Source: Verrucomicrobiota bacterium (lineage in GTDB: Bacteria > Verrucomicrobiota > Verrucomicrobiia > Methylacidiphilales > JBCBYL01). From it: a DNA stretch of 48,090 nucleotides. Below, piece after piece: positions 36,407-45,053 of this stretch. The translations under genes were made by a program, and so were the position numbers. The notes under the pieces were generated by a model. That model saw nothing but the letters and a program-made list of their open reading frames with translations. It was not told the origin of the DNA and ran no database searches. Numbering within the stretch: position 1 is the first letter of the stretch; every line of letters begins with the position of its first letter. The stretch covers positions 1 to 48,090 of the forward strand of contig JBCBYL010000001.1 of the NCBI GenBank assembly GCA_039815855.1, read 5' to 3'.

Positions 36407-36558
36407 CTTTAAAGGCAAACCACTACAGAACATTGGTGTCTAACAATTACACTCAAAGATTGGCGTAAGAACGTAAGAAATTAAGGGACACACACTGTAT
36501 AACAGTCGGACCGAGCAACAATACGGAGCCTGAATACAAATAAAGCAAATTTCCCATA

Positions 36559-36663
36559 GAAAACGATCTGCAGCAAACGACGAATCTGTATCATGAATAT
36601 CCTGATGTCGTCGCCGAGCTCAAAGCTTTGCTGCAAAGCTACGATCCTCCCAAAGCCAAATGA
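36559..36663 (+). pseudogene. Orphan 3' end (34 codons plus stop) of a deleted sulfatase gene
   Basis: It encodes ENDLQQTTNLYHEYPDVVAELKALLQSYDPPKAK*, paralogous to the C-terminus of 33570..35090 (ESDMQQTTNLYHEYPEVVAELQALLESYDPPKAK*). An in-frame TAA lies just upstream and there is no sulfatase body. Confidence 0.8.
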
Positions 36664-36798
36664 TGAAATGCTTTAGTAACACTCCTTGCGCTGCTACTTG
36701 CGGTAAGCGCCCACGCCGAGCCAACCAAGCCCAATGTCATTTTCATCCTGACCGATGACCTCGGGTATTCGGACCTAAGCTGTTATGGCGCGACCAAG

Positions 36799-38112
36799 GT
36801 GAAGACACCGCACATCGACCGGATGGCTACGGAAGGATTGCGCTTCACGGATTTCCATACCGGGGCCTCGATTTGTTCTCCTTCGCGGGCGGCATTTCTG
36901 ACGGGGGCCTATCCTCAGCGCAATGGTCTCTACATGGGGATCAATCAAAACCGGGAGGCGCATTGGTTCCTGGGTCTAAGTCCGTATGAGATCACACTTA
37001 CTGAGCAGTTTAAGCAGCAGGGATACACCACCGCCATGATTGGCAAATGGCACCTGGGCAAGGAGGAGACGTTCTCCTATTTCAACCAGGGCTTCGACCA
37101 CTACTATGGCGCACCGGATAACATGGGGCACAATGATGCGTTCTATGATGGCCGGGAGGTGATTATCACGGGCACGCCCTTAGACCAGCTGACCACGCTC
37201 TACACCGAGCGCCTCGTCCGGCACATCAATGAGTTTAAGGACGCGCCTTTCTTCATCTATTTCGCGCACAACTATCCGCACACGCCCTACCAGGCGGGGC
37301 CGAAGTTTGCGGGGTCTTCCCAGGACGGGGTGCGGGGTGATGTGATTCAGGAGATGGACTGGGGGATCGGCGAGATGCTTAAGGCGCTCGAGGCGAATGG
37401 CATCCTGGAGAACACGCTCATTATCTTCAGCTCCGACAACGGGCCGCTCAAGAACGAATATGCAAGACCTTTCAGCGGGACCAAGTATGTCAGCTTGGAG
37501 GGTGGGCATCGCGTGCCGTTCATTCTCTATTGGAAGGGCGCGATCCACCAACCGGCGGTGCTCGATGTGCCGGTGCATGCGATGGACTTGTTTCCCACCT
37601 TGAGTGAGCTTATTGGCGAAGCACTGCCCGACGACCGGGTCTATGACGGGGTCAGCCTCACACCGCTGTTCACGGGGCAGCCGATCGCCCGCTCCAATCA
37701 GGAGCCCTTTTTCTACTACAATGGCGAGAACCTGCAGGCGGTCCGAGTCGGAGATTGGAAACTGCATCTGCCGCGGACCAAGCAGCAAAGTCCATGGTGG
37801 GCGCAGAGGCGGCAGCAGCCGATCATGACCCCGCGTCTGTTCAATCTCCAGCAGGACCCGAAGGAGAAGCGGGATGTTGCCGCCGACCATCCCGAGCGTA
37901 TGGCAGAAATGATCCAGTTGGCGGAGGAGACCCGGCTCAAATTGGGCGAATACGGCATGCGTGGTTCCGAGCAGCGTCCGACCGGCACCCTGTTTCCGGA
38001 AGTGCCGATCGTGAGCAATCAGGCGCAGGATTGGAACCCGTTGACTGACGAGGAAAAGGGACGAGCCAAAACTGAGTTTCGCCCGACCCGCACTCTCGGC
38101 AAGAAACCCTAG
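36799..38112 (+). CDS. Arylsulfatase (family S1) with a disrupted 5' end; probable frameshift pseudogene or assembly error
   Basis: FGly motif is GASICSPSRAAFLTGAY, followed by GKWHLG, FSSDNGP and the rest of a sulfatase body. The same frame is open back to 36667 and encodes ...LLALLLAVSAHAEPTKPNVIFILTDDLGYSDLSCYG, which includes the essential DD metal ligands. That stretch has no ATG, GTG or TTG. The expected ATGATG at 36660 is one frame off. Confidence 0.7.
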   Translation: MKTPHIDRMATEGLRFTDFHTGASICSPSRAAFLTGAYPQRNGLYMGINQNREAHWFLGLSPYEITLTEQFKQQGYTTAMIGKWHLGKEETFSYFNQGFDHYYGAPDNMGHNDAFYDGREVIITGTPLDQLTTLYTERLVRHINEFKDAPFFIYFAHNYPHTPYQAGPKFAGSSQDGVRGDVIQEMDWGIGEMLKALEANGILENTLIIFSSDNGPLKNEYARPFSGTKYVSLEGGHRVPFILYWKGAIHQPAVLDVPVHAMDLFPTLSELIGEALPDDRVYDGVSLTPLFTGQPIARSNQEPFFYYNGENLQAVRVGDWKLHLPRTKQQSPWWAQRRQQPIMTPRLFNLQQDPKEKRDVAADHPERMAEMIQLAEETRLKLGEYGMRGSEQRPTGTLFPEVPIVSNQAQDWNPLTDEEKGRAKTEFRPTRTLGKKP

Positions 38113-38199
38113 CGCAGGAAACCCAACCGAACTAATGAACCCCTGATGGAATCAGTCGGCCTGCGGCAAAAAGAGAAAACGAGTCCCAAACTTACCTCG

Positions 38200-39591
38200 A
38201 TGATGAAACTATTTAGCAAAGCACTCATTGCGCTCCTACTAGCGCTAAGCACACAGGCCGCCTCGTCCAAGCCGAATTTCATCATCATCTTTACCGATGA
38301 TCAGGGCTACGCAGACCTCGGCTGCTTCGGCGGTAAACATATCGATACACCGCGAATTGATCAAATGGCGGCTGAAGGAGCACGCCTCACCAGCTTTTAT
38401 TCGGCAGCTCCTCTTTGCACGCCATCACGAGCCGCATTGATGACTGGATCTTATCCTATCCGTATTGACATGGCGACCGGCTCAAACTTTCCGGTTTTGT
38501 TGGCGGGCGATAAAAAGGGCCTGCATCCCGACGAAGTCACTATAGCCGAAGTCCTCAAATCTGCCGGCTACAAAACGGGAATATTTGGCAAATGGCACCT
38601 CGGCGATCAGCCTGAGTTTCTTCCCACACGTCAAGGCTTTGATGAATTCTTCGGCATCCCTTACAGCCACGATATCCACCCCTTCCATCCCTCGCAGAAG
38701 CGCTTCCAGTTTCCGCCCCTGCCGCTGTTAGAAAACGAAACGGTCATCGAACTCGATCCCGATGCCGACTACCTGACCCAACGTATCACCGAGCGGGCGG
38801 TCGCCTTTATCCAGGCCAACAGTGACCGCCCATTTTTCCTCTACATGCCGCATCCCTTGCCACATCGTCCGATCCACGCATCGCCGCCGTTTATGGAAGA
38901 TGTGCCCGCGGTAATCGCTGCCAAATTGAAGCAGGAAAGCGGCCTCGATTACAACACCCGCGACAAACTCCTGCGTCAAGGGCTGCGAGAGGTCGATTGG
39001 TCGGTGGGGCAAATTCTCGACACATTGAAATCTGCCGGCCTCGACGAAAATACCTTTGTGATCTTCACCTCAGACAACGGTCCATCCAAAGCCGGCAAAG
39101 CCACCCCGCTCTCCGGCAAGAAAGGCAGCACCCTGGAGGGCGGCATGCGCGTGCCCACAGTCGTGCGCTGGCCGGCACGTATTGCTGTTGGCCAGAATAT
39201 TGATACCTTGATGAGTACCTTGGATTTGCTCCCAACTTTCGCCGCACTCGCCGGAGCCCCTGTACCCCAAGACCGGGTCATTGACGGTAAAAACATCCTA
39301 CCCGCCCTCGCCCAGGGTGCACCGACACCACATGACGCGTTTTATTACCATCGCGAAAACCGCCTGGAGGCCATTCGTCACGCACACTGGAAGTTGCGGA
39401 TAAAGAACGGAAATGCCGAAGCACTGTTCGACCTTGATCAGGATATTGGCGAGCAGCACAACCTCATCTATGAGCACCCGGAAATTGTGGATAGCCTGCT
39501 CCGTAAAGCAGCACAGTTTCAAGACGACGTCTCAAACAACCGCCGCCCTGCGGCTTATGTCGAGAACCCCACCTATCTAACCATACAATAG
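38200..39591 (+). CDS. Arylsulfatase (formylglycine-dependent, family S1)
   Basis: Signal peptide MMKLFSKALIALLLALSTQAASS. Motifs are PNFIIIFTDDQGYAD, the FGly motif AAPLCTPSRAALMTGSY, GKWHLGD, FTSDNGP and LFDLDQDIGEQHNL. The ORF track opens at 38146 and the MMK start at 38200 is preferred. Confidence 0.9.
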   Translation: MMKLFSKALIALLLALSTQAASSKPNFIIIFTDDQGYADLGCFGGKHIDTPRIDQMAAEGARLTSFYSAAPLCTPSRAALMTGSYPIRIDMATGSNFPVLLAGDKKGLHPDEVTIAEVLKSAGYKTGIFGKWHLGDQPEFLPTRQGFDEFFGIPYSHDIHPFHPSQKRFQFPPLPLLENETVIELDPDADYLTQRITERAVAFIQANSDRPFFLYMPHPLPHRPIHASPPFMEDVPAVIAAKLKQESGLDYNTRDKLLRQGLREVDWSVGQILDTLKSAGLDENTFVIFTSDNGPSKAGKATPLSGKKGSTLEGGMRVPTVVRWPARIAVGQNIDTLMSTLDLLPTFAALAGAPVPQDRVIDGKNILPALAQGAPTPHDAFYYHRENRLEAIRHAHWKLRIKNGNAEALFDLDQDIGEQHNLIYEHPEIVDSLLRKAAQFQDDVSNNRRPAAYVENPTYLTIQ

Positions 39592-39595
39592 ACGT

Positions 39596-39701
39596 ATGCA
39601 AAACCTTCGAAGAACTTTTTGATGTACTGATCCTACAGTCTATTGCGACTGCTGATCAGCCCAACGTCATTTTCATTCTGACCGATGACCTCGGGTATTC
39701 G
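39596..39701 (+). pseudogene. Orphan, frameshifted 5' stub of a sulfatase gene
   Basis: ATG at 39596, then a broken signal-peptide region. CCCAACGTCATTTTCATTCTGACCGATGACCTCGGGTATTCG (39660-39701, encoding PNVIFILTDDLGYS) matches 36730-36771 at 40 of 42 nt. Downstream sequence is unrelated, with no FGly motif. Confidence 0.75.
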
Positions 39702-39999
39702 TCCAATAGCTCCGGCGCGACGAGAATATTGACGAACTTCCAAATGACTGGCTCATTATCTGTCAATAGACGCATCTGACTCCATTTACCGAAACTCTTC
39801 CTAGAACGCACAATCCTTCATCGCGATGATCGATGAAGAAGGGATGGTGTTTTGGGGCAAATTGGCTCGATGAACACCTTGAATTGTGGAATCAGCGCTC
39901 TAAGGTTTAAGGATGAGAATGCAGTTATTGCCCGGGCCTCTCGTGGTTACAATACGGCTGCTTTGTAAGTGAACCCTCAAGCCGTTGAATCTTAAATAT

Positions 40000-41436
40000 A
40001 TGAGTCTTCGTCTCCTTTCAATCATCCTTCTTGTTCACTCTGCCACCCTGGCCGCTGCGCCGAATATTCTCTTCATCTGCATCGACGATTTGCGCCCCGA
40101 ACTGGGCTGCTATGGGGTGGACTACATTCAAAGCCCGCACATTGACTCACTTGCCTCTGAAGGGCTGGCTTTTACTCGCCACTATGTGCAGGCACCGACC
40201 TGCGGAGCATCGCGCTACACGATGCTGACGGGAACTTACGGGCCGGGGGGTAATGGTGCATTGTTTAATCGTGCGAAGCAGTTGAAAACGGACCCGGAAT
40301 CCGTGGGTCCGAGCATGCCAGCCTGGTTCCGCCAGAATGGCTATGAAACGGTCTCCATTGGCAAAGTGTCTCACCATCCCGGTGGTAGGGGAGGATCGAA
40401 TTGGGATGATAAAGATCAATTGGAAATGCCGCTATCGTGGGATCAAAGTCTCATGCCTTCGGGCCTATGGGAACATCCTAAGGGGGCGATGCACGGCCTG
40501 GCCAATGGAGAAAAACGTGGCAAATCCAAAGAAATGGATGTTTACCAAAGCTTTGATGGCCCGGACACTGCCTATCCAGACGGGCTCATCACCGATGCCG
40601 CTTTAGATGAACTGGAGCGTCTGGAAAAATCTGATAAGCCGTTTTTTCTGGCGGTCGGCTTGATTCGACCTCACTTGCCATTTGGCGCGCCCGCTCAGCA
40701 CATGAAGCCTTATCGGGATGCAGGCTTACCGGAAACGCTCTCTACCGAAAAACCAGAGGGCAAAACCACCTGGCATTCATCAGGTGAATTCATGAAATAC
40801 AATCGTTGGGGCAAAGACCCGAACGCAGATGTTGAATTTGCTCTGGAGGTGCGTCGCCATTATGCAGCTTGTGTGACCTATGTGGATGCCCAGGTCGGTC
40901 GCTTGATGTCGAAACTAGACGAACTCGGAATAGACGAAGATACCATCGTTGTTCTCTGGGGTGACCATGGTTGGCACCTGGGGGAACACTCTATTTGGGG
41001 GAAGCACGCACTCTTTGAGGAATCGCTGCGCTCGCCACTGATCATCCGATCTGGCAAAGGCGCGCACGCCGGGGCGCGGGCCGAAGCAGTGGTGGAGTCC
41101 ATCGACATCTATCCGACCCTTTGCCAATTGGCTGAGCTGCCTACACCCGAGGCGCTCGATGGGATCTCCCTGGTGCCGCAACTGGAGAATCCCAGTACTC
41201 CCGGCCGCGGGGCAGTTTCCTACCATGGGTCCAGAGTGAGCCTGCGAACAGAAAGCCATCGCCTCATCATTCATAAAAATGGGTTTACCGAGCTCTATGA
41301 CCACAACTCACCGGACAGAGAAACCCGCAATCTTTCTCAAGAAACACCCGCACTGGTAGCGCAGATGGCCAAGATGCTCTATGAGCGCGCGCCCAATAAA
41401 TTATCAGACAAGGTATTCGAAAAAATCACCCCTTAG
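40000..41436 (+). CDS. Sulfatase (family S1, iduronate-2-sulfatase-like)
   Basis: Signal peptide [20 protein letters not shown]. Motifs are [14 protein letters not shown], the FGly motif [28 protein letters not shown] and [14 protein letters not shown]. The ORF track opens at TTG 39985. Confidence 0.9.
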   Translation: MSLRLLSIILLVHSATLAAAPNILFICIDDLRPELGCYGVDYIQSPHIDSLASEGLAFTRHYVQAPTCGASRYTMLTGTYGPGGNGALFNRAKQLKTDPESVGPSMPAWFRQNGYETVSIGKVSHHPGGRGGSNWDDKDQLEMPLSWDQSLMPSGLWEHPKGAMHGLANGEKRGKSKEMDVYQSFDGPDTAYPDGLITDAALDELERLEKSDKPFFLAVGLIRPHLPFGAPAQHMKPYRDAGLPETLSTEKPEGKTTWHSSGEFMKYNRWGKDPNADVEFALEVRRHYAACVTYVDAQVGRLMSKLDELGIDEDTIVVLWGDHGWHLGEHSIWGKHALFEESLRSPLIIRSGKGAHAGARAEAVVESIDIYPTLCQLAELPTPEALDGISLVPQLENPSTPGRGAVSYHGSRVSLRTESHRLIIHKNGFTELYDHNSPDRETRNLSQETPALVAQMAKMLYERAPNKLSDKVFEKITP

Positions 41437-41478
41437 CCGACCCGGGCGGATCAGAAGAACTCGGAGTAAAACCATAAA

Positions 41479-43044
41479 ATGAAGAAATACATTATCCCTC
41501 TTTTTTCGAGTGTAGGCATCCTCGTCATCATCCTGGTTTTCATTCGACAGAGGGGTGCAGAGCAGGATCCTTCTTCCGCTCTTTCCCCGCTTTTTTCCCA
41601 TTCTTCCCTTTCCACCAACGCGCAAACAAGCAGACCGAATATCCTCTGGCTCTTTACTGATGATCATGCCTTTCAGGCGACGGGGATCTATGGTGGCCGT
41701 TTCGGATCGATGAATCTGACCCCGAACTTAGATCAACTTGCGCGTGAGGGGATGGTCTTCGACCGTGCTTACGTCGGCAATTCGATTTGTGCGCCGAGTC
41801 GGGCCACCCTCCTGACCGGAAAGCACAGCCATATGAATGGCAAACTCGACAATCATGACTTATTTAATCATGACCAACAGCAATTTCAAAAAATCCTGCA
41901 AGACAATGGCTACCAAACAGCCATGATCGGTAAGATCCACTTGAGAGGAAAAATGCAAGGTTTTGACTACTGGGAGGTGCTTCCCGGGCAGGGGCGATAT
42001 CATAATCCCGTCTTTATCCGGGAGAACGATAAGACCACATATAAAGGGCGCCACTCGACCGAAGTGATCGCTGAGCGGTCCCTGGAGTGGCTCAAGAACA
42101 ACCGCTCTCCGGATCATCCGTTTATGCTCATGGTTCATTTCAAAGCACCCCACCGGGAGTGGGAGCCGCTGCCACAGATGATCGAGAAATTTAAGGACAT
42201 GACCTTCCCGGAGCCAGAGAGCCTTTTTGATGATTACTCAGGCCGGGGCACGGCCGCGCGTGAGCAGGATATGTCGATCGAAAAGACGATGAGGTTGGGC
42301 AAAGACCTGAAGGCGGAAGAAGGAAATGCACGTTATCAGGAATATGCTGCTCTTTCAGATCCAGAGGAGAAACTGAGATGGAGATATCAAACCTATATGC
42401 GGGACTATTTGGCATGTGTGGCCGGGGTGGATGAAAATGTCGGTAAGATACTGGCTTACTTGCAAGATTCCGGTTTAGCAGAGAATACCGTCGTCATGTA
42501 TTCATCCGATCAGGGTTTTTACCTCGGAGAGCATGGCTGGTTCGATAAACGTTTCATGTATGAGGAATCGTTCCGGACTCCCTTGATCGCGAAGTGGCCA
42601 GGGGTGACTGAGCCAGGCTCACGGAATCGTGATCTGGTGCAAAACATTGACTTTGCCGAGACCTTTCTCGACATCGCCGGAGTCGATGCGCCGGAAGAGA
42701 TGCAGGGCGAGAGCCTGGTACCATTGATGCAGGGGCAAACCCCGCCTGACTGGCGTGACAGCCTCTATTATCACTATTATGAGTACCCGGGGATTCATGA
42801 AGTGCGCCGACACGAAGGAGTAGCGACAGAACGATTTAAGCTGATTCGCTTTTACGGTATTGATGTTCCGGGCGGAGAGGAATGGGAATTATACGACCTG
42901 AAAAATGATCCTCATGAAATGCAGAACCAGTATGCCAATCCGGAACATGAAGAGGTCATTCAAGAGTTAAAGAAGGAAATCCAGCTGCTCCGAGCGAAGT
43001 ATGAAGTGGTCGAAGTACCTCAAGCTTCCAAGGAGAAGAAATAG
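41479..43044 (+). CDS. Sulfatase (family S1, N-acetylglucosamine-6-sulfatase-like), N-terminal membrane anchor
   Basis: 521 aa. TM or signal anchor is IIPLFSSVGILVIILVFI, followed by a Ser/Pro-rich linker. Motifs are PNILWLFTDDHAFQ, the FGly motif NSICAPSRATLLTGKH, YSSDQGFYLGEHGWFDKR and LYDLKNDPHEMQN. Confidence 0.9.
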   Translation: MKKYIIPLFSSVGILVIILVFIRQRGAEQDPSSALSPLFSHSSLSTNAQTSRPNILWLFTDDHAFQATGIYGGRFGSMNLTPNLDQLAREGMVFDRAYVGNSICAPSRATLLTGKHSHMNGKLDNHDLFNHDQQQFQKILQDNGYQTAMIGKIHLRGKMQGFDYWEVLPGQGRYHNPVFIRENDKTTYKGRHSTEVIAERSLEWLKNNRSPDHPFMLMVHFKAPHREWEPLPQMIEKFKDMTFPEPESLFDDYSGRGTAAREQDMSIEKTMRLGKDLKAEEGNARYQEYAALSDPEEKLRWRYQTYMRDYLACVAGVDENVGKILAYLQDSGLAENTVVMYSSDQGFYLGEHGWFDKRFMYEESFRTPLIAKWPGVTEPGSRNRDLVQNIDFAETFLDIAGVDAPEEMQGESLVPLMQGQTPPDWRDSLYYHYYEYPGIHEVRRHEGVATERFKLIRFYGIDVPGGEEWELYDLKNDPHEMQNQYANPEHEEVIQELKKEIQLLRAKYEVVEVPQASKEKK

Positions 43045-43102
43045 AGAATTTGAATCAGAGTTCATCCACCTCCATCCGTTGTTCAAACAGGAGATTTTAG
43101 GA

Positions 43103-43708
43103 TCAGCTCGCGGTGTCGGAATCGATTTCGCGGATCTCGATGCTGCGGATGTGGATTCCCATCTCGGTGAACTGTTTGCCCCCGTGAATCTGGATGGCGA
43201 TTTTGCCTTTGCTGTGGGTGCTGTCTTTCGCTTCTCCCACTAGGGTGCCATTGAGCCAGAGCTTGAGTTCTTCACCGTTGGCCAGGATACGGCCTTCATT
43301 CCAGTCATCACGTTTCTCCAGCGACTCATCGAGATTGTTGGTAATAAACAGTTTTCCTGGGCAATAGAGAGCGCCACTAAAGGCGACGGGTTTCGGATGC
43401 TTCAGGATATCGAATTGATAGCCTTTTTTTCCGTTGAACCGGAACCAGACTCCGCTGTTCGCTGGCCAATCTACTTTGTAGCTGAAGCGGAGTTCGAAAT
43501 TGTCATAGTCGGTTTCGTGAATGAGGTTGCCGCCTTTAACCGTTTTTTGCTTACCGACGATGACACCGTCGCTGACTTGGACATCGACTGCACCCTCAGC
43601 GGTCCAGCCGGTCAGGTCTTTTCCGTTAAAGAGAGGGATCCATTCCTCTGCCAGCAGAGAGCCAGTTGTGAGCAGGGTGATGAGTAGTAGTGTAGCGATC
43701 GATTTCAT
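43103..43708 (-). CDS. DUF1080 (3-keto-disaccharide hydrolase family, Pfam PF06439) secreted protein
   Basis: 201 aa with a signal peptide. Family motifs are WIPLFNGKDLTGW, YDNFELRFSYKV..ANSGVWFR, GYQFDIL, SGALY, DWNEGRILANGEELKLWLNG, and GKIAIQIHG...IHIRSIEIREI. Confidence 0.85.
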   Translation of the reverse strand: MKSIATLLLITLLTTGSLLAEEWIPLFNGKDLTGWTAEGAVDVQVSDGVIVGKQKTVKGGNLIHETDYDNFELRFSYKVDWPANSGVWFRFNGKKGYQFDILKHPKPVAFSGALYCPGKLFITNNLDESLEKRDDWNEGRILANGEELKLWLNGTLVGEAKDSTHSKGKIAIQIHGGKQFTEMGIHIRSIEIREIDSDTAS

Positions 43709-43759
43709 AGTCTTATTTGATTGGAGTGATGAGGTTCGTTTGCAGATTTTGAATTTGAT

Positions 43760-45046
43760 TTAAATCGTGTAACCCTTTCGGCGGGTATAGCTGAAGACCC
43801 CGATGTCGGTTGCTTCGTCATTGTTTGGGAAGCTTTCCTTCACCGGATCGAAAGTGACCTTCTTACCCAGCTTCCAACTCGCGGCAGCGGCAAAGCAGGT
43901 CATGTGGCCATAACGCGCTACGGTTGAATTACAAATCGGTTGTTTCCTGGATTTAACGCAATCGAGGAAGTTACGAGCGTGGTCGACGGGATCGGTTCCT
44001 CGGAGTTGATTGTAAGTTTTTCCTGTAATGAGGCCCGGATCACTGGCTTCGATTTTCTGGAAGTCGCCAGCCTCAACCCAGCCGTTGTCGCCTTCGAAGC
44101 GAACCGGGCAGCTTCCCAGGCCTTCGATCCAATCCCCTTCACCCTTGAATCCGGCGAGACGCATGACCAGTTTAACGCCGTTCTCGTAGGTTGCTTCGAT
44201 GGTGCTGCCATCCGCTTCATATTCAACAGGGGAAGTGCCATCGGCATCGGCGGCCCATTGGCAGAGGTCGACTGTATGCGATCCCCATTCCGGTAAGCGG
44301 TAAGCGGCATAAAAGCCCTCGTGGTTGCGCCATTTGCCCCGGCAGTAATCCCGGTTGTAAGGAACCATCGGAGCGGGACCGACCCATTTGTCCCAATCGA
44401 TCACAGCGGGATCGGGCAGGGGTTCCCCTGGCAGGGGTTCCTTGTATTCTTGCAGGTTGAGAATGCCCGCATGGACGGCTTTGAGTTTGCCTAACTTGCC
44501 AGTCTGGGCAAGTTCTGCAGCCAAAGCGAAGTTTGGCACACTGCGGCGCTGGGTGCCGGCCTGAAAGACACGTTTGTGCTTTTTAATTTCTTCATCCAGT
44601 TCCCGAGATTCCTGAATATTCATGGAACAGGGTTTTTCACAGTAGATGTCTTTACCTGCGCGAGCGGCATAGATGGATGCCGTGGTGTGCCAACGGTCAC
44701 CCGTAGCAATAATCACCGCATCAATGTCATCACGACTGAGCACGTCTCCCATATCGGCATAGGCGTCGCACTGCGTTTGACCATGTTTGCGGGTGACCGT
44801 ACGCTGGACGATTTCACGGCGTTCTTTCTGTGGATCGGCGATAGCTAGAAATTGGAAGTCGCTATGTTTGAAAAAAGCATCGAGTACTTTGCGACCTCTG
44901 CCCCCGAGCCCGATACCTCCGACGGTAATGCGATTAGAAGGAGCGACCTTGCCATTCTGTCCCAGGACAGAGGCAGGAATGATCATCGGCATCCCTGCGA
45001 ACAGGGCGGATGTTTTGATAAAGGAGCGACGTGTGGTTGTTTTCAT
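43760..45046 (-). CDS. Gfo/Idh/MocA-family oxidoreductase, TAT-exported (periplasmic)
   Basis: Start preferred at MKTTTRRSFIKTSALFAGMPMIIPASVLG, which carries a twin-arginine signal. The ORF track extends to 45193, but that extension overlaps the upstream gene. A Rossmann domain (ITVGGIGLGGRG...) and the typical EKP motif (IYCEKP) are present. Confidence 0.85.
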   Translation of the reverse strand: MKTTTRRSFIKTSALFAGMPMIIPASVLGQNGKVAPSNRITVGGIGLGGRGRKVLDAFFKHSDFQFLAIADPQKERREIVQRTVTRKHGQTQCDAYADMGDVLSRDDIDAVIIATGDRWHTTASIYAARAGKDIYCEKPCSMNIQESRELDEEIKKHKRVFQAGTQRRSVPNFALAAELAQTGKLGKLKAVHAGILNLQEYKEPLPGEPLPDPAVIDWDKWVGPAPMVPYNRDYCRGKWRNHEGFYAAYRLPEWGSHTVDLCQWAADADGTSPVEYEADGSTIEATYENGVKLVMRLAGFKGEGDWIEGLGSCPVRFEGDNGWVEAGDFQKIEASDPGLITGKTYNQLRGTDPVDHARNFLDCVKSRKQPICNSTVARYGHMTCFAAAASWKLGKKVTFDPVKESFPNNDEATDIGVFSYTRRKGYTI

Positions 45047-45053
45047 AATTTCA

